A stretch of 64,000 nucleotides of DNA, from NCBI RefSeq assembly GCF_006345805.1, contig NC_043009.1, positions 41,106,001 to 41,170,000 on the forward strand, read 5' to 3'. Position numbers and translations under genes: made by a program. Positions 26,819-42,279 of the stretch are shown piece after piece (the stretch's first letter is position 1; each line of letters starts with the position of its first letter). Under the pieces are notes generated by a model, which saw only the letters and a list, made by a program, of their open reading frames with translations, was not told the origin of the DNA and did not search any database. Source of the stretch: Octopus sinensis. Its lineage: Eukaryota.

Positions 26819-29244
26819 TAATAATAATAATGATAATAATAATGAGGGCAATGACAAAAGCAACGATGACAAGGCACAGTGGCAACAATGACAGAAATGA
26901 TGTTAAGAGTAGGACGATGAGGGCAATGATGGCGATGACAATGATGGTAATGTTGGTGGTGGCGATGGTGATGATATTGATGATGGTGATGCTGATGATT
27001 TAGATGATGTTGAGGGTGATGATGGTCATGATGATGATGATGATTACTGTGATAATGACACACACACACACAATATAAAAAAAATGGAACCCCTGCTTCC
27101 TTTTGTGTGAAAATGCCACAATAGTAAATTTTACATTAAAATCACTCTGATAAAAAGGCTGCTGCTTCTCGCCAATAAAAGAGCGTTTCATCAATAAAGG
27201 TGTGCATGTGCAAGCGAGTGTGGACATGAGTGTGTGTGTGTGTGTGTGATGCAAGTGAGTGTGCATGGACGTGTATGCACAAGTGAGTGTGCATGAGCAT
27301 GGGAGTATGCATGGGTGTGTGAATAAGTGTGTGAGTGTAAATGGATGAGTGAGTGAATGCGTGTACAAGTATGTATTTGTGCATGTGTGTGTAAGAGAGA
27401 GAGACTCGGTTAAGGTGGACTGGGAAGCTGCATTAATGGCAACACGATGCTTAAATAATAACACAGGAGAAAATGCCAAGCTTTTTAATTTCATTGTCTA
27501 CATCTGACGCCTTGTCTCTTTTTTGCTTTGCACATTTTTGCTCTTTCATTCGCTCTACCACCTGACCCCCCCCCCGCCCGCCACTGCCACACATTATATC
27601 TCCAGGTAAAATTTCACTACGATGCATCACATTGAGATTTCACACTCTCTCCTCCTCCTCCTCTCTTTCTCTCATCCTTTCTTTGTCTTTCATTCACACA
27701 CACACATTTTTTTTTGTGTATACCTTCTATATAGCTTTTACTTTTTGCAAATTTTTTTTTTTGTGTTGTTAAAGACACAAATACACACACACATACACAA
27801 AGAAAATAATGAAGAAAATAATGAAAAAAAAAAACAAAAAAAAAAAAAAATGGGTGTATTGGTTATGAAGCCTTTTAGATATGGCATAGAAAAGCCATCA
27901 CCACGACAATATAAGCTGACACAATCAACATTGTCATCACGTATAACACTGCATGATAACAACTCTCCTCTCAGGCAAAACAGTTTTCTGTCTTTGTTAT
28001 ACAGGTGCACACAAATTTTGCACAGATATCCACTTATGCATGTACAACACACAAATACACTAACCCTCCCCCCCCACACACACACACACTACATACATCC
28101 CCATCACTCTTTTACTCTCCTTTCTTTCCTTTTTATTTGCTAACATGATTTATTTTTCAGTAATTTTAAGCAAGTTTTACAGAAATAAAATTATAAAATT
28201 ATTTTCTATTCAAGAAATTATGAAATATCTAAACATGGAATTGCTTTGAGTTGAAATAATGCATGTATAATAATAATAAAAAAAAAGAAGACAAGAAACA
28301 AATGTGGGCTATATAATTTTGACCTCTGTCAAATAATTTTGGCTTTTGAATCAGAGTTTCCACTGAAATCAAGTGTTTACGCTAAACACCAACTATGCTA
28401 ATAATCTAATTGATATGAAAAGTTAAGGAGTAGGAATGGGAGAGCAGGGCTGCGATAGCATATCATAGTGGGATCTATAACAATGTGATTCAGGTGTAAT
28501 AAAATAAACAAACAACCACATATCATTAAATGACATTCCTATAACAATTGTTATACCCCATGCTCAGTTCATAGTTGGTATAACAAGGGAAACATAATGA
28601 GAGAAAAGATGAGAATAAAGAACAGGAAAAAAGACTTGTTGGAACAACAGCGGTTAGATATCAGTTTGATCAAAGTCATAATTGCTAACCTCCCCTTAGT
28701 TCAAGCACACACAAAAACATGCACACTTTTGTAATATAGAGTTATAACTTTATCATCAATTTCTGCACTCTATCCAAATTCTATGTTGGGTTTCCAATTT
28801 AACCCTTTTGTTACTCTATTTATGTTGAAATACATTGCCTTTTGTATCAACTAATTTTAACAATAATGAATCTAGCAAAATAACTTCACCACTATTAAGC
28901 TAGTGATTGGAATATAAAATTACCATGGCATTTTATGGCTATAAAAATGTGAAGTTGACAGCAATGAACTGTGGGCCGCCTCAGATAAGGTGGTATCAAC
29001 GTGTTAACCACTTTAGCAATAACCAGTTAAAAATAACAGCCAAATCTTCCTCAAATCAAGCTCTGCTTTCTTATACTTATAGATTTGTTGATGATGAAAT
29101 GACTTGGGCTAAACAATTCTTTTTATTTAGAAGCTCACGACTCTTTATAGCAGCAGTCTTTTCTGCACCACAGACTAGTTTGATGCAACACAGTTTTCCT
29201 CCAGACCAGGGGATCATGCACATAACAAAACACAATGAAAAGTA

Positions 29245-29620
29245 TCATCATTATCATTTAACATCAGTCTTCCATGATGACATGGGTCAGATGGTTTAAC
29301 TGGAGCTGGCAAGCCAGAGAGCTGCAACAGGCTCCACTGTCTGCTTTGGTATGGTTTGTACAGCTGGATGCCCTTCCTAATGCCAACCACTCTACAGAGT
29401 GGACTGAGTGCTTTTTATGTAGCACCAGCACTGGTGCTTTTCACCTAGCACCAACACCAGTTGAGTTACCAAGTAACTTGCAAGACAAAGACCTCTCAGC
29501 AGGGAGGAGGGAGTGGGCTTATGGGAAGTGGCTTTGTGCTATGTGAGAGGCTAAAGTATAATAGAGGGATAGAGATAGGTGTCTTACTATAGATGAAATA
29601 CTTGGCTACCCCAGTAGGAA
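29245..29620 (-). mobile_element. SINE family A copy
   Basis: catcattatcatttaacatcagtcttccatg...cagctggatgcccttcctaatgccaacc. Confidence 0.7.
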
Positions 29621-30705
29621 GAGAGAGGAGAGGAAGGTGAGATAAAGAGAGAAAGAAAGAGAGATAGTCAGGGTGAATTTAATTATTACATAATAATACA
29701 TATATAATGCAAAAACATTCCACAAACTGTGACAGTTGATAAAATAGAAATAAACTTTTAAAATTTATTTTTTCTGTGTGGCCTTATACCAAATAATCTA
29801 AGGCCCAATACTGGTCAGCAACCCACTGGTTTGGGACTCCTGCTCTATACAGCCTACAAAACTGGTAGGAGGGAAGGAAGGAGAGACAATTGCATCCTCA
29901 AACTCGAGATTTGGCTTCTATACATGAAACAGAGTAGATTCTTTGTCAAGTGGTGATATTAAAATGAGCAACAGATTAAGTCTACCATCCAAGTAGGCCA
30001 TGCTGGGATTTGAACTCAGAACACAAAGAGCTGGAACAAACACCATGAGACGTCTCTTCTAATATCCTAACATTTACTCCAATTACTGTTTGGTAATTCA
30101 GTGCATGAAATTTAATTTATAGCAATGCTGAATATTTTGGGCGCGTATCAGGTTACTAAGAGTTCACTCAGACAAAACAATAACAACATTTATCATAATT
30201 ACCACACATTAATTATTTATAAATACAATGCTTAATCATCATCATCACCATCAATTCCATAATGATTATCATCACGATCATCGTTACCACTATCATCTTT
30301 TCCTACGTCTGCTTTTTGCCATGCAGGAATGAGAAGCTGGATGAGAGTTATTTTGATACAGTACTTTGTGGCAGGATGCCATTCCACCTGCTAACCCTTA
30401 CTTGTTTCTCCTAGTAAGGTATTCCACCAGTCTTTGCACATGAAACTATTGAAGCTGCAGGACATATTTTTTTATGCATAATACAAAAACATAACACTAA
30501 GTTCTCCACCAAACAATGCAAATTCAAAGACACACATACATACTATTACATCATCAACAATCAACATCATCATATTGCTATTAATATTAACCTTCCAACT
30601 CATGCCAGCATGGAAAGCGGATGTTAAATGATTATGATGATGATGTGCTATAAGGCAGAAACTGAAAGAAGCCCGTTGTGTGTATATATATATATATATA
30701 TATAT

Positions 30706-31103
30706 ACACTCTTTACTCTTTTACTTGTTTCAGTCATTTGACTGTGGCCATGCTGGAGCACCACCTTTAGTCGAGCAAATTGACCCCAGGGCATATTCTT
30801 TGTAAGCCTAGTACTTATTCTATCGGTCTCTTTTGCTGAACCGCTAAGTTACAGGGACGTAAACACACCAGCATCGGTTGTCAAGTGAAGCTGGGGGGCA
30901 CAAACATAGATACACAAACACACACACACACACATAAATACATATATATGGCAGGCTTCTTTCAGTTTCCGTCTACCAAATCCACTCACAAGGCTTTGGT
31001 CGGCCCGAGGCTATAGTTGAAGACACCTGCCCAAGGTGCCACACAGTGGGACTGAAACCGGAACCATGTTGTTGGTAAGCAAGCTACTTACCACACAGCC
31101 ACT
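30706..31103 (-). mobile_element. Near full-length SINE family C with internal CA/TA microsatellite
   Basis: Reverse complement aligns to 51585-52020. Confidence 0.88.
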
Positions 31104-31105
31104 AC

Positions 31106-31138
<33 letters not shown>

Positions 31139-31248
31139 ATATATATATAATATATATTATATATATATATAATATATATTATATATATATATATGCATAT
31201 ATATATATATATATATTATGTATATATATATATATATATATGTATATA

Positions 31249-31559
31249 TAAGGCAAATAACAAAATGAAGAGGATAACCAATTGACAAACATCAGCCTGT
31301 AAACATTCATTTATTAATTAATTGCAATCATATGTATAAGTAATTAAAATAAATATACAAGTAATTAAATAAAATAAATAAATGAGTGAAAAAATATTTT
31401 TTCACTCATTCTTATTTATTTCTTTTTATTTATTTATTTACTTGTTTATTTATCTTGATTACTTATACAAATGATAGTAATTGATAAATAAATCCAAATC
31501 AATGTTTACAGGCTGATGTTTGTCGATTGATTATCCTCTCCATTTTCTTATTTGACTTA
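31249..31559. mobile_element. Imperfect palindromic MITE-like element
   Basis: About 60-bp terminal inverted repeats with a few mismatches; perfect 30-bp central palindrome at 31381-31410. Confidence 0.8.
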
Positions 31560-31723
31560 CAAATTCTGGGTAACTTTCTGCTTTACCCCCACTCATACCT
31601 ATTATTCAGTTGCACTACTGCCCTGCAACAGTAAGCACTTGGATATAAATATGTAGGTATAAATCCAGTAATATATTGGATATTTATTATCCCTTAGAAG
31701 GTTGCTTAACCTATTACACACAT

Positions 31724-31765
<42 letters not shown>

Positions 31766-33262
31766 GTGAATGTATGTGTATTTTTGTGTCTGTGTTTGTC
31801 CCCCATCGCTGCTTGACAACCGGTGTTTGTGTGTTTCCACACTCAGGATTTAGCAGTTTGGCAAAAGAGACAAATAGAATAAGTATTAGGCTTAAGAAAT
31901 AAGTCCAGGGGGTCGATCTGTTTGACTAAAATCCTTCAAAGTGATGCTCCAGCATGGCCACAGTGAAATGCCTGAAACAAGTAAAAGAGAGTATACACCC
32001 CCACACACACACACATACAAACATGCACGTATGTATGTATATATATATTCAGACGTTTGGCTTCCAAGTAGTTTCCAAATATCAATTTTTTTTCTTGTAA
32101 AAGCAGCAGTTAATCTGAGTATGTTGCCGAAAAATAACTTACTGAAGGTGTGCTACGGTGAGGACTGAACCTAATACCACATAATTGTTACCAAAATTGT
32201 CATAAAAACAACAAAAAAAAAAACAACTTAAACCATATAGCTGTGTCTGTGCTTATATGAAAGACAAGTAAATTATATTTGTTCGTTGATAAGGCAGAAG
32301 GTTTTGTTTCCAGGATGCAACGTTAAATACGAGAGAATATAACTATAATAACAGCACAAACAGCTTCTGAATCAGTAACAAATACATTTAATTCCAACCA
32401 CTTCCCACATTAACATATGTTAATATTGTTAAGTAAACCAGATTAACTCCTCTCCCTTACATTAAGATTAAATCCTACATTAATAGCTAGATTAATAATA
32501 TCAAGTATGGTGATTGTCATGGAATACAGCAGAATACATTAGCTGCTATCATCAAGGAATACTGACAGCAGCAAAACATAAAGAACCATGCTTCTTTGAT
32601 TATGGCAGGTAGGAATAAGTGAAGTAAGAAAAAATAATATAATCCACATAAGAATGGCGAAGCAAGGGAAAACTTGAGATATTTTTGTGGTAGGATCACA
32701 CTTTGATAATAAAGTCGAAGTCGTCGCAGTGTGTTAGTGTGAAGGGTGGATGTGTTACGATATGTACGAGTTGGATATTACGTTAAGACGTGTACGAAGA
32801 CATGTAATGAAGGTGGGCGGATGGGGAAAGATAGAGATGAGAGGAAACAACAATAACAATCACACACACAGACACACACACACAGATAACCATGCGCATA
32901 GACATACACACATATGCAGCCATATACATGCACGATGCAAAAGCAAGTTGAAATAATCATTTCATATACATACATAGACAGATACACATATTTATATATG
33001 TACATACATCTCTCTCGCTATATATATATATATATATACATACATACACACACATACACAATGTACACACATATAATTACTTGCATACATACAACATATA
33101 TGTATATATGATATATGTATATATATAGATACACACACACACATACACACACATATATACATGCGCAGAAACAAATACATATAAGTGTATATGCACATAT
33201 ATATATATACATATATATATATATATGAATATGTATAAATTATGAACATATATAGACACACA

Positions 33263-33311
<49 letters not shown>

Positions 33312-33793
33312 ATGCACAAACATATACACGCACATATATATGTGTATGTGTGTGTGTGTGTATACAAACATTTATACACTTAAACACACATTGTACACAT
33401 CATAAAAAAGATTAGAAGTCAAATGTATAAAGAGAAATATTAAAAACCACATACAGTAGATGACCTGATAAAAATTACAATACCGCAATTTAAACAACAA
33501 AACAAGACAACAAGTTGTTTTCCGGAAAATATTTTCCAATCTTATTTTTATTCTTTGTGCACACAATCTTCCATGGAATTAACAAATAATGCAATAATGC
33601 AATAACAATCAATACCAAAATAACAAAACGACAGAGAGGGGGTTGGAGTCGGGGAGGTTAAGTTCTAAAGGAATGCATTTTTGCAACAATTCTATGCTTG
33701 TCATTTGAACATTAACAATACTTGAAATATAATTTTATCTCCTTAGCTGCCATGAACTTTCAGATATGAAATCTCGTAAATGGATTACAAATG

Positions 33794-33838
<45 letters not shown>

Positions 33839-34849
33839 CTTAGACATAGGAAAACTAATAACCTGGTATAAGAACTCATTATGGATATGCTTCAAAAAAA
33901 AAAAGAAACATTATTCAAGTACAGTGTAATAAAAACTGAAATAAATAGCAAGTGAACAAGAACTTATGTAATGAACTTCAGTAGCTTACAGTTGTTTCTG
34001 CTACTAGATAGCTTCATCAGAGCTTCAAGGCATGATTGTGTGGTAATATGCTTACTTCCCAGCCATAGTTCTGGTTCAGTCCTACTGCAAGACACATTAG
34101 GCATATGTCTTCTATTATAGTGTATGTGCCAATCAAAGCTTTGTGACTGGATTTGGTTGATGGAAACTGAAAGAAGCCCATTGGATGGATGGATAAACAG
34201 ACAAAGATATAGATATCTATATATCTATGTTTGTGTCTGCTCTCACCACTACTTGACGTGTTATTTCATTTATGTCTCTAGAAACTAGATCAACAGCGTA
34301 AGTATGAGGCTTAACAGTAAATCCTGGGTGTCGTTTCTTTGACTATACTTTTCAAAGTAGTGCCCCATCATGGCTGCGTTCCAGTGCCTCTAGAACTGCC
34401 AAAGAGATTCGATGTTTGGAAAGGCATCAAGTTATAAAAACAAAACTGAAAATGGAACTAGCAAGGTGTGCCCATCCCCCAATCCAACTACAAGAGCAGA
34501 AATGACCTAGCCAACCCATGCCAACATAGAAAGCAAATGTAAACTGATGATGGTGATTATGAGGAAAAGGAGGGGAAGGAGAGTGACCTTTGAACCCCAA
34601 AATGAAATTTGGACTCAAGATGTAGAGAGAACAGATAGTTGAATAAATACTGCAAGGCACTGACAATCCTACTTGTGCAGCCACTTTGGACTGGTGCTAT
34701 ATTTTTACAACTTCAAAAAGTTGAAAGGCAAGGATGACTTCAGTAAGGTTTGAACTTAAGAGTGCATAAAGCCAAAACAAACATGGGATCACACTTTCAT
34801 CTGACATTCAAATAAGTAGGCAGGAGGCATTTATGCTCTAAATGGCGAA

Positions 34850-35070
34850 GTTCTAAGGCACGGAGCTGGCAGAAAAATTATCACGCCGGGCGAAATGCTT
34901 AGAGGTATTTCGTCTGTCTTTACATTCTGAGTTCAAATTCCGCCGAGGTCGACTTTGCCTTTTATCCTTTCAGGGTCGATAAATTACGTACCAGTTACAT
35001 ACTGGGGTTGATCTAATCGACTGGTCCCCTCCCCCTAAATTCCGGGTCTTGTGCTCAAAGCAGAAAAGAA
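34850..35070 (+). mobile_element. SINE family B copy with the alternative 3' tail
   Basis: aaggcacggagctggcaga...gagttcaaattccgccgaggtcgac...ggtcccctccccctaaattccgggtcttgtgc. Confidence 0.85.
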
Positions 35071-36850
35071 ATGGATAAGTTCTTTATTTATCAACCCTGG
35101 AAAGAAAACAAAAAAACAAAAAAGACAAAAAACCAAAGCTGAACTCAACAAGACTTGAACTCAGAATGTTAAGAGCCAGAATAAAAACTAAAACCACAAG
35201 GTATTTCTAACTTTTCTGTCAATTCACTGTCAAGTAATAAAAGATGTGGAGAAACAGCAGTTGAAGACTTTCGGTATTATACAAATCTCTGACTATTTTA
35301 TATTTTTAATACTTTGAACAACACATATACTCATTCAGGTCCAAAAAAGTTGTGAAGCACAATTACCTCACTTTGTCAACGACAATGAAAGTTAAAAATG
35401 ACGGTTTTATGAATCAAATATTATGACAAACAATTGAAAGATTTTCATAAAACCAAATAAGGAAAAGAAGAGAAAAACAAGAAGAACAACAATCACAAAC
35501 AGTTAAAAATTTATTCCCAGTTCAGCAGTAATAATGGAGGACTTTTAATATATTCTGGTTAAGTGACTGCAAAAACATTAAGTAATGTTTTAAAGTAAAC
35601 AAACTATAATTCCAATTGTAAATAAACACGCAAAGAATTTTTGAGTTTACTTTTCTTCTTCGTCTTTCTGTTATTTCACAAGTTTTTCCAGATAAAAGGA
35701 AAAATAACAAATAAGTTGTGATTTCAAGGGGGAGGGTGCACAGCAAATAAAATTGTATATATGTGCATATATACATACACACACAGATGTATGTGTGAAT
35801 GTCTGAGCATACATATATACATACAGACACACAAATACACATACACATATATATATATATATATAAATAAATATATACACACACACACACACACACATAT
35901 ATATTAAAGAGAGGAGAAAGAGAAGGAGAGGTGGAGAGAAGGAGGCAGATTAGTGTCTACACACAGCTACAGAAATAAGTGAACTAAAGAACAAAACAAA
36001 AAAAAAGTCCTATGTGGTTGTAATAATAATATTAATAATAACCATAACGACAACCACAATAACGATGATGATAATGACAGCAACATCAACAGCAACTATA
36101 ATGATATATACGAGATGAATTTCATTAAAGTTCAATGGAGATGATCAACATCTCACCTGTATAGTCTCCATAGAAAAAAAGAAGAGCATAAAACAAAAAG
36201 CAAACCAAAAAAAAAAGCGCTTTACGGGAGATTGATGCAATCAATACAGGGTTGGTGAGGGCGCGGGCAGTGTGTGTGTGTGTGTGTGTGTGTGGAGGTG
36301 GGGGTAGGGTGAGAGGACAATTTCAGGCTGATTTCTAAAGTGTTAGGAATCAACAATGGATTATAATTAAGTCAACAGAGCTAAAGGTATTTACAGAAAC
36401 ACAAGCACAGAGAAAAACACACACACACACACACACAAACCTACATACAAACGCACACACACACACACAATTGTTAAGATCAATAGAGTTTTATCATTAC
36501 ACACACACACACACACACTCTTCCCATCTCTTTCTCATTCAGCTTCCGAGTTATTATTCTCATATATATATATATATATATACTGTGTACACACACACAC
36601 ACACATATATATTTATAAAGGAAAAAGGGGGAAAAAAAAGCACTAATTCCTGCCTCACAAACATTTTAATGTCATCAAATAGCATTCAATTCTTGTGTCA
36701 CATGTATACATAGATAGCCGTAGTAGATAATTGACCAACAATAACAACAACAACACAACAATTTGGATTTATATGGTTCTTCTCTCAATTGATTTCATCA
36801 CCATAGAAAGAAAGAAAAACAAAAAAGCACCTAAATGATATATTGCACGT

Positions 36851-36898
<48 letters not shown>

Positions 36899-37299
36899 GA
36901 ATAGAGCTTCTATTTACTAGATAAAGCATTCGAAAAAAAACAAAAGTGATTGCACACATATATACACAAAAGTAATGGAAAAAAAAAATCAACATTCACT
37001 TTATAATCATCATCATTATTATCATCATTATTATTATTATTATTATTACAATTATTATTATTACTATTATTATTATTATTATTATTACTATTATTATTAT
37101 TATTATTATTATTTATCATTATTACTATTATTATTATTATTATGATTGCTATTATTATTATTACTATTATTATTATTATTACTATTATTATTATTACTAT
37201 TATTATTATTATTATTTATTATTATTACTATTACTATTATTATTATTATTATTAATTTGATAGTTTTCTTCTACTACTACTACCACCACCACCACCACC

Positions 37300-37366
<67 letters not shown>

Positions 37367-37683
37367 TTACTACTACTGTTGTTGTCACCATCGCCACCAC
37401 CATCGGTAGAAGTCGTAGCATAGGTGCCTTATTGCTATCATCGTCATTATCGTTATCGTTATCATTATTATTATTATTATTATTAAAAAACAACGGAACT
37501 AAACTACAAACAGTAATTATCAAAGCCCAAATTATACATGTGTATATGCATATTTGTCAATGTATCATCATTTCGTTGTGTTTGTTCACGAACAATGTAG
37601 AGGCACACATTGAGAGAATATAATGAAGAGTGGGAAATTAAAACAACAACAACAACAATAATAATAGTTAAAATAATAACAAC

Positions 37684-37774
<91 letters not shown>

Positions 37775-39160
37775 CATCACCATCATTATTATAAGGGACA
37801 AAAAAGAAAATAAGTTAATAAGTTAAAAACAATAAATCTTATAAGCATATATAATAAATTACCGATCAAAATTTTACTGAAACCCCCTAAAAAAAAAGGA
37901 GAAAAATGGAGAAGAAAGCAAAAACTCCCATGAAATATACTTAATTCATTGTCATTATTTAACATTCTAACATTTTGATAATTTCCAAATTATCGACAGC
38001 AGAATTATTATATAGACTTTGGCATTTGGCAGCCATTTTTTTTTTCCTTTTTTTTCAGATTACCATATAGATTTTATTGCATTGGATATATATATATATA
38101 CACTTCCTTCATTTCAAAAGAAAATAAAATCAAAAAAAATAATAAATGAATAAAAAATAACACAATATTCTCTCCAGAGTGCAATAACAATTTAAAGAAG
38201 CCAAAAAATTCTAAAACCCGCAATTTGGAATCTATTCTCAGCGTAAATCTATGAAAAATTCCCATTGTAGCAATGGAAGCTATAGAAGACTTTTTTTTTG
38301 GGCCGTTTTGTTGTTGTTAAGAGTGTATATGGGAATAACATCAAATGAAAATGTGCGTTGATTACTATACACACACACACACACAAACATATATATATAC
38401 AATAATTTATATATATATATATATACACACACAGAAATATATATACACATACAAACATATACACGCACAGAAACACATACTCACCCGCATATATATACAT
38501 ACATAGATATATGCACACAGATGGTAAAAATGGAAAAATAAAGGAATTCTTTAAACAGATTAAATAACACAACACAGCAATATTGACAACAAGAACAAAA
38601 AAAAACCAAAAGATTTCGAAAACAAAAAAAATGAATAACGAAACATAACGAACTAATGCTTCAATACACAAATGAGTATAACTGATTTTTAAATGTTTAA
38701 TGAAAGATTAGAAACTCGTAAGCAATCCCCCGCCTCACACCACCACCAGCACCACCACCACCACCGCTGCCGCCACTGCTACCCCACCCCCACCCTATCG
38801 CACGTCATAAAAGACTTCCAAAGAGACTATGGATAAATGATAAAGTTTCTTTCTCTCATAAGAGTGGCAATAATATAAGGCCATTATCCGCCACACTCCA
38901 CGCCATAAAATGAACAGCCCAGTAGCAGCAAATAGGTCCATTCATACACTAGACTTGAAAGTAAAATAAAAGAAACCCCACAAAAAAACAACAAACAAAA
39001 ATTAATACCATTCCATAAGATGCTTTTTTTTTTTTTAAGCTAAACAAGCTTGGTTCCAGTCAAGATTAATAAAATTTAATATCAGTTAAATTTTGCCTAT
39101 AATTTTATATGCATACATAGCTATAACAACCTATTTATCTCTCACTTGCTTTATTGCTGT

Positions 39161-39229
<69 letters not shown>

Positions 39230-39253
39230 TATATATACCATATATATATATAC

Positions 39254-39292
<39 letters not shown>

Positions 39293-39296
39293 CATA

Positions 39297-39357
<61 letters not shown>

Positions 39358-39373
39358 CATGTATATATATAGG

Positions 39374-39440
<67 letters not shown>

Positions 39441-39462
39441 GTAGATAGATAGATAGATAGAT
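39374..39462. repeat. (GATA)n microsatellite
   Basis: Direct reading. Confidence 0.95.
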
Positions 39463-40021
39463 ATTCATATATAAGTTATATACCATCACCATCATCATTT
39501 TGTGGTCGTCTTTTCCAGGTTTGCCTGGGTCAGATGAAAATTCATTGAGACAGATTTTCTACCACTGGATGTGCTTCTTTGTCACCAACCCTCACCTGTC
39601 TTTAAGCCAGCTATTATTTCTTCATGGTCAGATACGTCACAGAATACTGGAAATGAATAACACAGCTTACTCACCAATACATAGATGCACACATACATAC
39701 ACGTGTACATGAGTGTGTTTATGCATTTGTTTAGCATTTCTTGATGTGAAAAACATGCCTGCAGATAGAGATACATATTACAGAAGTACAAACTGGAATT
39801 AGGCAGGACAAGACGAAACACATGGGACAGAGAGTTGCCGAAGAGGTCACAGAAAGAGTGATGAAAGAACTTTGATGGACAAATAAACTAAAAATAATAA
39901 CAATAAAACTAAAGTGAAAATCAAATAAATAGTGCGTGTGTGTTTAATTGGTAAAAGATGACCATTCCCAAGAATATATATATATATATGTGTGTGTGTG
40001 TGTATAAAAGTACATATACTA

Positions 40022-40300
40022 ACATCATCATCATCATTTAACGTCCCTTGTCCATGCTGGCATGGTTGAACGGTTTGACTGGGCTGGCACACTGGAAGGC
40101 TGTGCCAGGCTCCAGTTTGATTTGGCATGGTTTTCTATGGCTAGATGCCCTTCCTAATGCCAACCACTCCAATGATGAGTGCTTTTACATGCCACCGGCA
40201 TAGGCGCCATTTGCATGACACTGGTCTCTGACATGACTGCAATTTTACTCAGCTTGATGGGTCTTCTCAAGCATGGCATAATGCAAAAGTCTTGGTCACA
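40022..40300 (-). mobile_element. SINE family A copy
   Basis: catcatcatcatttaacgtcc...ctagatgcccttcctaatgccaacc. Confidence 0.75.
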
Positions 40301-40310
40301 GCCTATAAAC

Positions 40311-40361
<51 letters not shown>

Positions 40362-40483
40362 TCAGAAGTTGAAAATGCACTGGGAGTCTTTTAGGTTGTT
40401 TATATTCCAAGTTGCGGCAGAGCTCCATGTCTTTTTATCCCAACATTAGAAAATCAGAAAAATCTGTGAAACCAGTTAACTGG

Positions 40484-40793
40484 CACTCCATTGTTTATGA
40501 CAACGAGGGTTCCAGTTGATCTGATCAATGGAACGGCCAGTACATGAAATTAACATACAGGTGACTGAGCATTCTGCAAACATGTGTACCCCTAATGTAA
40601 TTCTCAGTCAAATTCAGTGTGACACAGAAGCTGCCCCTTTGAATTACAGATACTATTCATTTTTACCAGCTGGGTGGACTGGAGCAATGTGAAATAAAGT
40701 GTCTTGTTCAAGGACACAATGGGCCGCCAGATATTGAACTCATGACCTTACGAGTGTGAGCTGAATACCCTAACCACTCAGCCACGTGCCTTC
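40484..40793 (-). mobile_element. tRNA-headed CORE-like SINE (distinct family)
   Basis: Minus strand: gtggctgagtggttagggt (A box), gagttcaatatc (B box), then tgtgtccttgaacaagacact, which resembles the MIR/CORE block tgtgaccttgggcaagtcact. Confidence 0.7.
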
Positions 40794-41219
40794 AGTGAAA
40801 TCAGTTAAGCCTTTAAAAATAAACTATCTAAAAAACACCAAGTGCATTTTCAACTTCTTTCAATATTTCTACCCATGTGGAATAAAATAGCTTTGTTTCT
40901 TATTAATAATCTTTTATCTTTTAATCATTTCAGTCAGTAGACTGTGGCCATGCTGGAGCACTGCGATGACAGATTTAGTCACACAAATTGACTCCAATAC
41001 GTTTTTTTTTAAAGTCTATTATTCTATTGGTCTCTTTTAGCTGACCTGTTAAGTGTCAGGGATGTAAACAAAGCAACACCAACAATCAAGCAGTGGTGAA
41101 GAATAAACACAAATGCAAAGACACATACATAGATATATAAATTTATGAGAAATACATGAGGTAGAAGGAGGGGAGGACTAACAATAACAGCATAAAAAAA
41201 TAAACCTTGAACAAGTATT

Positions 41220-41446
41220 CTTTCCCTTGTTCCGGTCATTTAACTAGGGACATGATAGAGCACTTTCTTGAAGGGTTTTAGCCAAATAAATCAACCCTAG
41301 GACATATTTTTTAAAGCCTAGTACTTATTCTATTGGTCACATTTGCTGAACTTCTAAGTTACAGGGATGTTAACAGACCAACAGCAGTTGTCAAGCGGTA
41401 CTGAGGAGGGGACTCAAAGACATACACACAGATATACACACACACA

Positions 41447-41484
<38 letters not shown>

Positions 41485-41491
41485 ATACACA

Positions 41492-41538
<47 letters not shown>

Positions 41539-41736
41539 ATATATACACACATACACAAACACACATACATATATATATATATATGACAAGCTTCTTTCAG
41601 TCTCCATCTACAAAATCCACTCACAAGGCTTTGGTTGGCCCGAGGCTATAGTAGAAGACACTTGTCCAAGGTGACATGCACTGGGACTGAACCTAAAAGC
41701 ATGTGGTTGGGAAGCAAGCTTCTTACCACACAGCCG
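41220..41736 (-). mobile_element. SINE family C copy with expanded internal microsatellite
   Basis: aaatccactcacaaggctttggttggcccgaggctatagtagaagacac...ttaccacacagcc. Confidence 0.8.
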
Positions 41737-41891
41737 TATGGGAGAAAAACTTTCTCACAGCAAATAATAACTAAAACTCCTCTCAATCATTCTCTACATG
41801 CTCACTAATTAAGCCAAGTCTACTAATCTAAACTGTCCTCACTAAGTGGGCCTGCAAACCTGGACAACTTGAATGCAGTTACATGCACATT

Positions 41892-42165
41892 TTATTAACT
41901 CTGCCCTAGCGAAAGCATTGTTTTCAGTGTTTGTTTGTTTGTCCATGGACAAGATATTGTAAGAACCGCTGGATGGTTTTGGATGAAACTTTCAGGGATG
42001 TTTCACCATGTGACTGGCACAAACTGATCAGATTTTGGGATTGATTTTGAGAGCCGACAAGCTTATTTCAGATATTCTCATTTCAAAAATCATCTCTGCC
42101 TAATCTTTGAGAGGACGTTGGTGTTACCTTGGCAGAGGTTTGTGCTCTCTGATTGCTTTTGTTGT
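41892..42165 (+). mobile_element. Non-autonomous Helentron-like (HINE-type) element
   Basis: Begins ttattaactctgcc and ends ggcagaggtttgtgctctctgattgc...; short subterminal inverted repeat ctctgcc/ggcagag, internal (TTTG)n and 3' hairpin-like end; family assignment is by recalled resemblance. Confidence 0.6.
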
Positions 42166-42279
42166 CTATTTACTCCTTAATTTTTACAGAAGACAAAATG
42201 TAGTTTGGCAGTGAGAATTTTCTAAATTCTTTCCAAAACTCATATACACTCTGGATAGTTACACATCTATTTCTATCGG

